64,000 nucleotides of DNA from Azolla caroliniana (taxonomy: Eukaryota; Plantae; Polypodiophyta). The notes under the pieces are model-generated. The model saw nothing but the letters and a program-made list of their open reading frames with translations. It searched no databases and had not been told where the DNA came from. The stretch spans positions 4,216,001 to 4,280,000 of the forward strand of contig JBHGNT010000009.1 of assembly GCA_043228905.1 (NCBI GenBank), in the 5' to 3' direction. Within the stretch, counting starts at the first letter, position 1; each line of letters starts with the position of its first letter. The position numbers and the translations under genes are program-made. This document shows positions 45,802 to 57,608 of this stretch, piece after piece.

Positions 45802-47918
45802 TCTCGGTTCTCGCCACCGAGGGACTCGTGGTTTCGCTCGTGGTTCGGTCGCACCGTCAGGAACTGGACCGAATGACGCCCGTCCTGACTTTTGACCCTC
45901 GTGTAAGCCGACCCGTTGTCCAGCACCTTGGTCTCCATTCGCGCCGCCGTAATGTACGGTTCCCCTAGAATGACCGGGTGCGAGGACGTTTCCTGCACAA
46001 AGAAGTGCTGGTCTATTTCGATGTCGCCGATCTTGACTTGCACGTTTGGGCAGGCCCCGTGTAGTTCCTCGGTGGCTCGTGTCGCCGCCCGTATCTTCCA
46101 CCCGTGCTTAGTGTTGATCGGCCATTTCCCCTTTTTGTAGAAGTCCATGGACATCAGGTTTATTTCCGAACCGTGGTCCACCAGTGCCACCACCGGTTCC
46201 TGCACATCTCCGATCTTCACCGGGGTTTCCGTGGTCGCTCGGGCCCAATGTGGCCTCGAATAGTGGCTCTCCGCCCACTCGTCTTCCAGCGCCATGTCCT
46301 CTATGTGCGTCGTCTGCACTTCCACCGGCCTTTCCAGTTCTGCCTCTGTCGACAGCCTCTTCCTCTTCACCAAGTCCACGATGGAGTCGTGGAACTCCTT
46401 CTTGGCTATCCCGAGCACCTCTCGCAACGACAGTTCCACCTTGCTATCGAGGATTCGTTCTTCCAGGACTTTTCGTAGGTCCGTGGTCCTTTCGATCTCC
46501 ATGCCCAACCGGTATCCGCCCTTCTTGTGGTTATCCCGGGTACTGGACTCACCGGCCTCGATCCGTTTCGGTCCGAATCGGGTTTCGTATCTCTGTGAGG
46601 GTCCGGCCCCTCCGTTCTTACCTACCCGTTTGTCTTCAACCAGAGCCTCGTAGTTCTGGCAAGCTGCTTCGACGAAACCCGTCTATTCTTCGACCGGGTC
46701 ATTCCATCCGGTTACCTCTTGGACCCGCTTCTCCGCGCGGTCCGCCTCGTCTCTCTTCAGTCGGGCACCGGCGAGGCCTTCCAGCACCATCGGCTAGAAT
46801 TCGGCTTTGCTCTCCTTCCGGGCCCCTCTGCCCCCGACCCGAATACCGGCTGACACTGAGTAGTGGACGGTCTTCGCGTGCCGGGCTGCAGCCTCTTCCA
46901 TCAGTTTTTTCATTCCTCCTCTCCCGTCGTTTCGGTTCAGGGCCCTCCGGGTATCGCTGGCGTGCACCCGATCTTCCCACAGGTACACTACCCGGCTTCT
47001 CAAAGCCTCCATAAAGTCCCCGCAGTCTTTCCGGATGTGGCCGACCTCGTCGCACCACATGCACCTACTTCCTGCCGGAGGCCGTCGGTCACGAGCCTGA
47101 TCGCTGCCTTCCCTCCGAGCCTGGGCGATCTGGAGATCCTTTACCGCTCGTGTCAACTCCTCCAGAGCTGTTCCCCCGGACGAGCCTCTGATCACGCCGG
47201 TCGAAAGCGAACCGGTTTCGAGCCACTCCCGGGTCTCTTCCCTTCGTGCCTGCGGTATCGGTTCGAGCTTCCTTGCTGCGACAGGTCCTGCCCCGGTCGC
47301 CTCTGTATCAGCCCACTCCCACTGTTTGTCAAAATGACCGCAGACTCTCTTTACCGCGGCCCAATCGGTCGTCAGCCCATCTTCGGTTTCCAGTAAGGAG
47401 CCAACTTGCCCCCGATCCCGTGCGTCAACCGATTTGACAAACAGTAGGACACGACTTGTGTCCAGAACAGTCCGATCGAGCGTCGAAAGGCGCGCAAAGC
47501 GTTCCTCGAACTCCCGGAGGAGTACCGACGCATTTCTTCCTTTGTTGGGGGACTCCACCCACTCCATGAAGCTCCGCTTCAAAAGTTGAAGCGCGTCATC
47601 CAACCCGTATTTCTCCAGGAGCCGTCCTTCGAACTCTTCCCAGGTCCGGCTCTTCGCCCGGACCTCGAGTACATCCGCATGGATGCCTGGCATCGCCACT
47701 CGAGCGAATCCAGCAAGATGCCTCTCTTCCGGAATATCCCTCATCAACATCTCCGCCCGATAGGACGCCAAATAACTCGTGGCATCCTTTCCACTGAACC
47801 GGCCGATCATACCGACGATCGCCTCAATAGCCCTGTCAAGGGCGCCGGTGCCCTCGCGTGCGCTCACTATCCGGTCCACGGCCGAAGCCATGGCCTCTGC
47901 AAGATCCAACCCCCTCAT
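45792..47918 (-). pseudogene. gag: E4 ORF1 gag-protease with a nonsense mutation
   Basis: ORFs 47918-46794 and 46508-45792; TGG>TAG at 46796-46794. Confidence 0.92.
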
Positions 47919-48612
47919 CTTCTGCTCCTCTGCCGCCTGTTCACGTCGGGTTCACCAAATATGTCGCGTTGTTACTCGCATGCGTGGAGAAACGAGGCGG
48001 GACCACCGGGGTCTTGAACCGAAGAGCAGGTGATAGAAGGGGAAAGAGAAAGAGAGAGACGCCCGGTCACGTATGAGCAAAGAAACACAGGGGCGTGGCC
48101 CGTCAACACAGAAGACGCGAATGGACACAGAGACAGGGAGAGACAAGTGTTTGTATATTAACGAATAACAAGTACACAGCAGAACACGCGAGCGGCTACA
48201 ACCGAACAGGCCGACGAACAGATGCTGATGCCTGTTCGTCTGCACACGAAATGGGGATAGGATGGAGGTGCTGCCGGAAGCACACGGGCGTTCCTCGAAG
48301 CAGCGCAAGCCTCCCGAAACCTGTAGAGAAGAGCAACAGAGAACAGGCAGAGGAGAAGCGTTCGGTTCCGGTCCGACAACACTTCGTCCTCCTGAATGCC
48401 CTCCCCTTCTCCCTGCGTCTCCCTCTCCTTTATAGCATCAAGAAGGGAGCCGTCTCCCTCATTTACTTCCTACCTACCGAATCTAACTACCCCGGATCTC
48501 TCTCTGCACCTAATTCTCTATTATATACATTAAGAGCGTGCACACGTGAAGGGCCGGTTCATGTGCGCTATTCACCGATTGCGCAAGGGGACGGTTTTCT
48601 TAACGATAGCGT

Positions 48613-49998
48613 ACGAAATTCCGTTTTAGGAACATTGTCGTCACTTATATGAATTTGATGGTAGCCCATACGGAGATCAAGTTTCGTAAAATACCGAGCT
48701 CCTTGGAGACGGTCAATTAGATTATCAGACTGGGGCAATGGATATGAATTCTTGATCGTCACTTTATTCAAGCGTCGGTAATTAATACACATACGCCATG
48801 TGCTCTCTTTCTTTTTAACTAAGAGAATTGGTGCACCCCATGGAGATGTACTATAACGTATATATCCCATTTGTAAATAGTCCTTGAGTTGCTTAGATAC
48901 CTCATCCTCTTTGGATCGACTTAAGTGATAAGGAGGTATACTTATTGGTGCAACGCCAGGTACAATCAATATCTATACGATGGTCTATATTACATTTAGG
49001 AGGTAACCCATCTAGTAGTTCACTCGGGAAAACATCACGAAAATCATTTAAGATTTCATCAAGTATTTATTGTTCAAAATATGTTAATTGAACCGAGACA
49101 TTATCGATATTGTAAACGTGAATGTTCGGATCAAGTACACAATAAAAAAGAGTAGAACAAGACAACTCGGATATTGATGGACACGAGGAAACAATCGAGA
49201 GGGATTGTTTTTTGACACATTGAATAAAATGAGTCCAGTCGTTTAGTACAAATGTAATTGAATGATGAACCCAATCAATAGATAAAGAAGAGTTTTTATT
49301 ATAGAACCAAGGATAACCCAGTATTACATCAATGGTACAAAGATTCATTACATGGAAGTCTACTTCCTCTATATAAGTGTCAATAGAAATTCCTAATGAA
49401 TGAATCGCCCTGTTGATGTATTGTACTCTTCCATCAGCCAAGTGCAATGTATAGGTGTGATCAATTACGGGATTCCCCATATCTGAACCAAACGATCATT
49501 GACAAAGTTGTCTGAGCTTCCCGAATCAAATAAAAATTGTACGGGAGATCCATTGATATACCCGTTTGCACGTAGTAAATCATTGGGATCCAATACATAG
49601 TGAGGGAAAGAACATTGGCAATTACTTAAATGATGTGTATAGACCTCAAGGACATTAGGAATCTGACCTTTATGGTCTGCAGCTTTAGCTTTGCTGTTGT
49701 GCTCTTTTCGTTGGAGCTTTCAACATTGGTCTTTTGTATGACCCTTCTTTTTGCAGAATACGCAAAAAGGATGTTATCGCTTTCAATCGCGATCCATGAA
49801 TTCGTTGGGTGTCTTGCATTTCCCAGCGAATTGCGACTACTTAGTCCCGGGTGCTTCGTTGGGTTTATTGTGATCCTTCTTCGAAGTGCGTTGATAGCGA
49901 AGAACTATTTCAACGGCCTCTTCGAAGGATTTTGGATCCTTATTGTGCACTATCCATTGATAGTCTGAATTGGGGATTCCATTGACAAAACAAGCTAT
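48613..49998 (-). pseudogene. gag-pol: G1 middle piece: gag C-terminus, protease, RT N-terminus
   Basis: FLFDSGSSDNFV protease (~49550-49500), [41 protein letters not shown]. Confidence 0.88.
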
Positions 49999-50353
49999 TG
50001 TCAAGATTCGAACTCTTGACACGACCATGTTATAATCTAGTATTATGAGTTAACCAAGATATCTAGTACTAGTTATGTATATAATTGGTCCTTATTATTT
50101 TGGTAGCATCATGTGCATAGTTGCACCCTTGTAGTATTTACTCTTGGCACATGCATGCATACCTACATGCTCTATTGTAGATTCACATGCGTGCAACAAG
50201 TGTGCATGCCATGTAGTATAAATAGAGGAGTTCACCTTGAAGGAATTCAAGGTGAACAACACCAGTTATGGAGTCTTTCCTTTAATACTATCTTCTTTCT
50301 TGTCCATTTGGTTATCTTCTTGCTTGTCTCTTGAGTTTATGATCCGTGACAGT

Positions 50354-50364
50354 TTGTTCACCTT
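50354..50364 (+). promoter_or_regulatory. Putative self-priming PBS of G2
   Basis: TTGTTCACCTT is the exact complement of AAGGTGAACAA (50249-50259), which begins 32 nt from the first base of TATAAATA (50217). Confidence 0.78.
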
Positions 50365-50401
50365 CCCATCCTCATAGCTCTTCCTCTCATAAGCTATAGC
50401 T

Positions 50402-53400
50402 ATGTCCGACTCAACTAGTGAGTTAGGCCAAATAATGGTAGCCTTACGACAACTACAGCTTGAAAATGAAGCTCTTCGAAATTCTTTACAAGAACTTCAA
50501 GTTGGTACCTCCCTATCCTCACAACCCCTGAACCCTAGTCTCCCACAACAACCTAGCCTAGAGCCCGATCTTCTACTAACATCTAGCCTAGCTTCGTCAC
50601 AGTTTCTTGAGCCTAAGGTTAGCCTCCCAGAAAAATTTGATGGAACGACGTCGCGTTTCCGAGGGTTCATCAACCAAGTTCGATTTATCATTCGGCTACA
50701 ACCTCAACGTTATGGAGATGGTCTTCGACAAGTCTGTTGCTTTACTTGATTCTGGGGCATCTTCTTGCTTCATCAAAGTTGCGTTTGCCCAAGCACATGG
50801 CGTACCTGTCGTTGGCCTCTCAAAACCCATTCCAGTTGAAGCCATCGACGGGTGCGTCCTCTCGTCAAGTGCAATTACTCAAGCTACAATCCCATTAGGG
50901 CTTCGGGTGGGCTCACACAAAGAGGAGCTCACCTTTTACCTCATCGCATCTCCTCGACATCCGATCGTCTTAGGACTAACGTGGTTGGAGGCGCACAATC
51001 CGATAGTGGATTGGTGCAACCGCTCGATCACATTTAGCAAGCCAAGATACTCGTGCAAAAGTATGAAGGTAAATTTAGTTTCCTATCCTTTGGAGATGGT
51101 CGACTCCGAATTGACTACCCCATCATCGGTCCAGGATGGGTTTGTTTGTGGCGCCATTTCTAACACACTCCATGTTATTCCCGAAAAATACCAACACTTC
51201 TCCGACGTATTTGAAAAATGTAATGCTGATCGTTTGCCTGAACACCGGCTCTACGACTATCCGATTGATCTTCAAGAAGGTGCGTGTCCACCCTTTGCTC
51301 CTCTATATGCGTTGTCTGCACCAGAGTTGAAGACCCTTCATGTGTATCTCGATGAGAACCTCGAGAAAAGCTTTATTCAACCTTCTAAGTCACCAGCCGG
51401 GGCCCAAATTTTATTTGTGAAGAAGAAGGACGGCTCTCTACGCTTATGCGTCGACTACCGAGGTCTCAACAAACTCACTGTGCGCAACCGCTATTCGCTA
51501 CCTTTGATCCCCGAACTCCTTGATCGGCTCCGAGTTGCGCGTGTCTTCTCCAAAGTTGATCTGCGTGGAGCATACACTCTAGTACGCATCAAGCCGGGGG
51601 ATGAATGGAAAACCGCATTTCGAACACGGTATGGGCATTTGGAATACAAGATAATGCCTTTTAGTCTTACTAACGCTCCCGCAGTTTGTCAACATATGAT
51701 GAACGATATTTTCCGGGAATATCTTGATATTTTTGTTGTCATTTACCTCGATGATATTCTCATTTTTTCGCCAAACATGGAGGTACACACTCGCCAAGTC
51801 CGATTAGTTCTTGCCAAACTTCACGAGCATGGCCTTTATGCCAAAGGCGAGAAATGCGAGTTCGACCGTATCTCGATCGAATTTCTGGGCTACATCATTT
51901 TGCCCACTGGCATCACCATGGATATGAAGAAGGCCTCTATCATTCAGGCGTGGGTGACTCCAAGGCGACTTAAAGATGTGCAATCCTTCCTTGGCTTCGC
52001 CAATTTTTACCGTCGCTTCATCAAGGGGTTTTCCACCCTTGCACAACCTTTTATCGCTCTCACCCATAAAGGCACTCCATTTTTATGGACCTCGGAGGCA
52101 CAAAATACGTTCGACTCACTCAAACACGCATTCATCACTACCCCGGTGCTGCTACATGCCGACCCCACAAAACCCTTCCAAGTCGAAACCGATGCCTCTG
52201 ACTTTGCCATTGGCGCCATCTTATCCCAGGAAGACGACATCAACCTAATGCACCCAGTGGCTTACTATTCCCGAAAATTTACGGCACCCGAAATCAATTA
52301 TCCCATTTACGACAAGGAGCTTGTTGCTATCATTGCTGCCTTTGAAGAATGGCAACCCTACTTGGCCGACGCACAACATCGTGTCCAAGTAGTGATTGAT
52401 CATAAAAATTTAGTTTATTTTTCCAGGACTTGTACTTTGAATCGAAGGCAGGCCCGTTGGTCGACATTTCTCGCCGACTACGATTTTGAGATCGTATTTC
52501 GACCTGGTGGCCAACATGGGAAGGCTGATGCCCTTTCTCGCCGAGCGGACCTTGCACTCTGCCCTGGGGATGTTGCTTATGCTTAACAATCTAGACGTTT
52601 GTTGAAACCCGACCAATTGCATCTTTTTTCCACTTGTATGTTGCAGGATGATTCTTTACTCCAACAAATCACTGATGCATCCAAGACCGATGCGTTCGCC
52701 AATGAGATTCGAGATATTTACAAAACCCCTCCAAGGCGACCAAAAGGAAGGATCTTGATACCTTCACCATACAAGAGGGTTTGTTGTTCCGAGATCATCT
52801 CTTATACGTCCCAGAGGGCCCATGTCGCACCTGGGTGTTGCGGGAATGCCACGATGACCGACTTGCAGGTCATTTCGGGGTCGCGAAAACCCTCGAGCTA
52901 ATCTCTCGGGGGTATTGGTGGCCACAACCAAGGAAGCTGGTCAAAGAATACATAAAGAGTTGTGAGGTTTGTGCTCACTCCAAAGCCATTCATCATCGGC
53001 CATACTGCTTACAGCCGCTTCCATGTGCTCGTCGTCCTTGGGCCTCTATCTCTATGGACCTGGTAACTGATCTACCCTTGGTCAATAGCTATGACTCGGT
53101 GTTGGTCGTTGTCGATCGGTTTACGAAGATGGCTCACTTCACTCCATGCTCCAAAACCATTTCCGGAGAAGGAATGGTGCATCTCCTACTCAACAATGTG
53201 GTACGCTTGCATGGACTCCCGGATGATGTCATCTCGGATCGCAGAGCCCAGTTTGTCTCTCACTTCTAGCAGTGCCTGCTACAAACTTTAGGCCTCTCTG
53301 TCAAGTTTTCCTCCGCTTATCACCCCCAAAATGACGGGCAAATGGAGCGTGTCAACCAAATCCTTGAGCAGTATCTTCGGTGCTCGGTTAGTTACCAACA

Positions 53401-54169
53401 AGATGATTGGGTCAACTTACTTTCGCCCGCGGAATTCGCCTACAATAATTCTCTCCATGGATCGACTGGCGTCACTCCCTTCTTTGCCAACTACGGTTTA
53501 CATCCTCGCTTCAACATTTCCCTTCCTACCACTTCCGTGAACCCTTCGGCGGAGGATCGCGCCCGCATTTTGGAAGAACTACATCATGATTTATCCTTGG
53601 AGCTTAGTCTTGCTAGTGAACGATACAAGAAGCAGGCTGATCCCCATCGATCTTCCACTCCACACTTTGTCGTTGGAGACATGGTCTGGTTGTTACGTCG
53701 ACACATCTTTACTACTCGTCCATGTGCGAAACTTGATTACAAGAAGTTGGGACCATTCCGTATCATCGAGTGCATCAATCCCGTTGCCTTCCGGCTCGCC
53801 CTTCCATCCCACTTCCGGATTCACGATGTTTTTCATGTCTCCCTCCTCGAACCCCATTATGCTTCACAACTCCCAGGACGTCAAGCCCCACCACCACCAC
53901 CTGTGCAATTGACGACAGGGGAGGAATATGAGGTCGACCAAATCCTTGACTCGCGTTGGCACCGTCGACACTTGCAATACCTTGCCCTATGGAGGGGTTA
54001 CCCCATGTCTGAGGCCACATGGGAACCATCAGCAAATTTACAAAATGCCCTAGAGGTCGTCCAAGATATTCATCACCGATATCCCCACAAACTAGCGGCC
54101 GATTTGGGAAGGCGGCGTAAGAGGGGGGATAATGTCAAGATTCGAACTCTTGACACGACCATGTTATAA
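50402..54169 (+). pseudogene. gag-pol: G2 truncated gag (50402-~50732) fused to pol (PR-RT-RH-IN-chromodomain) with stops and frameshifts
   Basis: ALLDSGA protease, IYLDDILIFS RT, VETDASDFAIG RH, GHFG...CEVC integrase, LGPF, YEVDQILDSR...YLALWRGY...TWEP chromodomain. Confidence 0.92.
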
Positions 54170-54490
54170 TCTAGTATTATGAGTTAACCAAGATATCTAG
54201 TACTAGTTATGTATGTAATTGGTCCATGTTATTTTGCTAGCATCATGTGCATAGTTGCTTCCTTGTAGTATTTACACTTGGCACATGCATGCATACCTAC
54301 ATGCTCTATTGTAGATTCACATGCGTGCAACAAGTGTGCATGCCATGTAGTATAAATAGAGGAGTTCACCTTGAAGGAATTCAAGGTGAACAACACCTGT
54401 TATGGAGTCTATCCTTTAATACTATCTTCTTTCTTGTCCATTTGGTTATATTCTTGCTTGTCTCTTGAGTTTATGATCCGTGACAGCTAT

Positions 54491-54926
54491 TAACCAATTG
54501 TCCCCTTCTAGACCCGATTTTTGGATTTGGGTTCTAGCATGGTAGACATAGTCTTCTAGCGAGGAAAATTTCCGACTAGAGAGGTTCATTAAAGCTTGTG
54601 TTGCCTCGGTTTGAGATGGAGATTGCAGAAATTGACCCTTGAAAACTGTGACAAAATCTGTCCATGTATCGGGCAATTTCCCCAAAGTACGAAGCCCACG
54701 CCACCAAGCGGCGGCCTTACCCCCTAGTTCTCGACCGACATATGCAATCTTCGTACTATCTGGCGTGGGATAGAGCTGAAAATGAGATTCCCATCGGCCT
54801 AGCCACTTGCAGATTGCTTCTTCGGTTCTTTCCTTTTTGTCTCCCGTAAATGGCTTAACGACAAACGATGGTTCACCTTGTCGCTCAGTAGGTCTATTAG
54901 TCTCACGTTGTAAACTAATGACACGT
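54491..54926 (-). pseudogene. gag: G1 gag, N-terminal piece
   Basis: LPDTWTDFVTVFKGQFL...SLEDYV retrotransposon Gag motif; continuous with 49998 across the GCTAT TSD. Confidence 0.8.
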
Positions 54927-56924
54927 TGTCGCTTTATTACGCGCGTGCGTGTAGAAGGGCGGAACCACAGGGGTCTTGGACTAGGGAGTGGAGGAGAAAG
55001 ATTAGCTCAAGAGGAGAAGAGAACGAATATGATATTATGATAGAAGAAGAAGATGCAATCAAGATACTCAACAAGAAGTTCTATTAAGAAATGAATGATT
55101 ACAACAAATGGTGGCCGCCATGGCCGCACCAAACGACTATATGAAAAACCCTAAAGGAAAACCCAAGAAGAAAACCGTAACCGAAACCCTAACCCTAAAA
55201 CGAAATGGGAAGAAGTAGAACCCTCGACTAAGTGGTATACCTTACTTACACAAAATAGGCAACCCCTCCACAAAGGGCGATCCCTTCCTTTGATAGAACA
55301 AGGAGAGGGATGCGTTACAATGTGGGACCAATCCCGACTTTCATGGGATCGTCTATCCCGACTTGGCTATTCTTCGGCGCCATAAAGGTGCCCTCGATAT
55401 TCACACTAAATGTACATGGGTGCGTACACACGCTGCACCCCGCCGATGTAGCCAATGTTTCCCGGTTTTCGCCTCTGGCCGAAATTCTTCACGACATCCG
55501 CCCCCACCTAACTGCACGTCCACCGGTACGTGCCAATCTGGTTGAAGGGTGAGAGATTTCGGCCGGTGAGAAACCGGTCTCCTGTGATCCGCATCTCGGC
55601 TCGCTGCCGGTTTGATCCGTCAGCTTGGAGTCTTCCTTCGTGCTCGCCTCCCCGTAGGCTCGTTCGACCCGTCGATGGGTCCTCTGCCGCGATCTCTGTA
55701 GTACGCGTTCTTCCGGTGGCCCTTGTTTGGCCGTATGAACGCCCCGCTTCCCGCCGTATGCCCGATGTCCTCCGCTTGAGGCATGCCCGTGGTGGCCCGC
55801 TTGGCCTCTGTTGTCCAATCGTGATGTCCCGATGGTGTTTCACGTCGCCTTCGTCCTTCCGCCGCCACCTTCCTTCTCCATGGTCTTACATCGCCGCGTC
55901 GGTCCGAACCGCCATGGTCTCCGGAACGGTGTGGAGGATCCCTTTCCGACGTTCCCCGAGCTCTCCTTCCTGCTCCGGCACCCCCCCCGTGTGCCACATA
56001 CCCTCGTCCGTTGTTTGGCACTGCCTGTACCGCGCTCCGGTTCATTGCACGTCTTGTCGACCCCTTTCTGGCCAGATCGTGCATCACCGCTCACCCATAT
56101 ACCGGTGTTCTTTGCATCTGAGGAACACCCCGTAGTAGCCCGCTTGGCCCTTCCCGTCTTCATGCTGCTGCAATAGGTCCTAAGTCTTCCGCTTGCCGTC
56201 GTCCCCTCGCCCCCACCAGCTTCTCATCCCGGCTTGCCGTGTCAGTCTTCGTTACTTCGACGAAGCTACGAGGATCTACGAAGCGAGTGTGGAGGATCCT
56301 CCTTCGGCCTCTCTTGCCATCCCCTGACTCCGACCCTGTGCAGTCCACTAGGCACTTGTCCCGTCGTTCCCGGCACCTCCTCTGTTCGGCACCGCCCGTG
56401 CCGAACACCGTCCCGTAGTCACACTTCGATCCGGCCCGGGATGGCCACTTGCGAGACTCTTGTTCTGTCCAAGGTGTGCCTTTCTAGTCTGACACACCTC
56501 TCCGTGTTTGCCCTTACCGGCTCCTTCCGAAACCTCGTGTTGTCGGGTCCCGTTCCCTGCCGCCACCGTCCTTCTCCCTCGGTCTCACGTTGCCACGTTG
56601 GCCGAACTGCCGGAGCCTCCGGATCGGTGTGAGGGTCCCATAGGACCGGACTCCGTTTCTATGCTTGCCGAAATTCGGGTGTCTTTTGTTTGAGTCCCTC
56701 CCGGACTCTCCTCGTGTCTTCCGCGTAGCTGGGTCCCGTTTCCCGCCGCCACCTTCCTTCTCCCTCAGTCTTACGTTGCCACGATGGCAGAACAACCGGA
56801 GTCTCCGGAACCGGTGTGAGGATCCCGTAGGACCGGACTTCCTTACGCCCATTGTCTTCGTTGTTGGGATTTTCGGTCCCTCCGGATGGGATGTCCGGAG
56901 ATGAATGACGGCAAGCCTGGTTGC

Positions 56925-57128
56925 GGTTACGGAACCAGAGGATGAAGAGAAGACCCCGGCTACGGAGCCGGATGACGAAGAGAAGACCCCGGCTACGGAG
57001 CCGGATGACGAAGACCCGGCTACGGAGCCGGATGACGAAGACCCGGCTACGGAGCCGGATGATGAAGACCCCGGCTACGGAGCCGGATGACGAAGACCCG
57101 GCTACGGAGCCAGATGATGAATGTACCC
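56925..57128 (+). repeat. Tandem array of 27/28/33-bp units in U3 of the C4 5' LTR (7 units)
   Basis: GGCTACGGAGCCGGATGACGAAGA(GAAGAC)CCC repeats. Confidence 0.93.
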
Positions 57129-57608
57129 GGAGAGAGATCCGGATGCGGGGACATATTTGTGAATATGTTTGCCAAGGGCCCTTGAGGCTATATTTGTAAA
57201 TAGCCCGAAAGTCATATGTGTATAAATATGACTTAGGGCAAACAGTTTATGTTGTTGCTTATTTTTCTGTTTTCACTCAGAGAGAGTAAAGAGAGCAGCC
57301 GAGAGAGAGAGACGAAGAGGTCGTTGCCTCTGTGTATTGCCGCCGCCTGTGGCGAAGACAGTGAGTTCAAGGTTGTTGCCTTGAAGCTTCACCATTGTAA
57401 ATCTCTGTTCATAGTGATAGTTGGAGTTTGAGGACTCCCGTGGTTTTTTCCCATTTAGGGTTTTCCACGTAAAATATCTTGTGTACTCTTCTTTCTATTG
57501 TCTTCGTGTACTTTGTATTTCCTATTTTCTGTGAGTTGATCCTATTCCTCGGTCGTGGCCGAGCACCGTGAGCAACAAATTGGTATCAAAGCGACGGTAA
57601 CACAGAAA

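Larger units (their letters stand above)
27130..48608 (-). mobile_element. E4: full-length, older E-family gypsy; its 3' LTR is split by E2
   Basis: 647-bp LTRs: 47962-48608, and 27130-27147 plus 41608-42236. TSD GCGT at 27126-27129 and 48609-48612. PBS at 47957-47940. PPT next to 42236. Confidence 0.95.
49999..54485 (+). mobile_element. G2: Tcn1/Tf-like chromovirus with both LTRs and an internal gag deletion
   Basis: 353-bp LTRs at 49999-50351 and 54133-54485; 5-bp TSD GCTAT at 49994-49998 and 54486-54490; PPT AAGAGGGGGGATAA; no tRNA PBS. Confidence 0.96.
24259..54926 (-). mobile_element. G1: AT-rich degenerate chromovirus-type gypsy split into three pieces (24259-27129, 48613-49998, 54491-54926); 5' end lies beyond E6
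   Basis: 3' LTR 24259-24716 (TGTTA...TAACA), PPT AAAGAGGGGGAG. RT rejoins across E4 (PKTEFRT|HYSHYE) and gag rejoins across G2 (DNWLIA|CFVNG). Confidence 0.9.

Noticed and set aside
55497-56860. env-like gene in the E6 interior
   Set aside because: No signal peptide or transmembrane segment is visible, and the frames are short and broken.
56857-56861. CpG in the copia C4 TSD (TTCGT) as evidence that copia also targets CpG
   Set aside because: It is a single case in a CpG-rich host, and the other copia junctions (TTCAG, AACTT, GTTCT) lack CG.
56925-57128. 27-33 bp repeats as a possible CRISPR array
   Set aside because: The units are head-to-tail with no unique spacers, there are no cas genes, and the context is a eukaryotic LTR.
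56905-57199. Acidic PATEPDDED-repeat peptide ORFs in the copia LTRs
   Set aside because: They are translations of the U3 tandem array. A 28-bp unit breaks the frame, so there is no support for coding.
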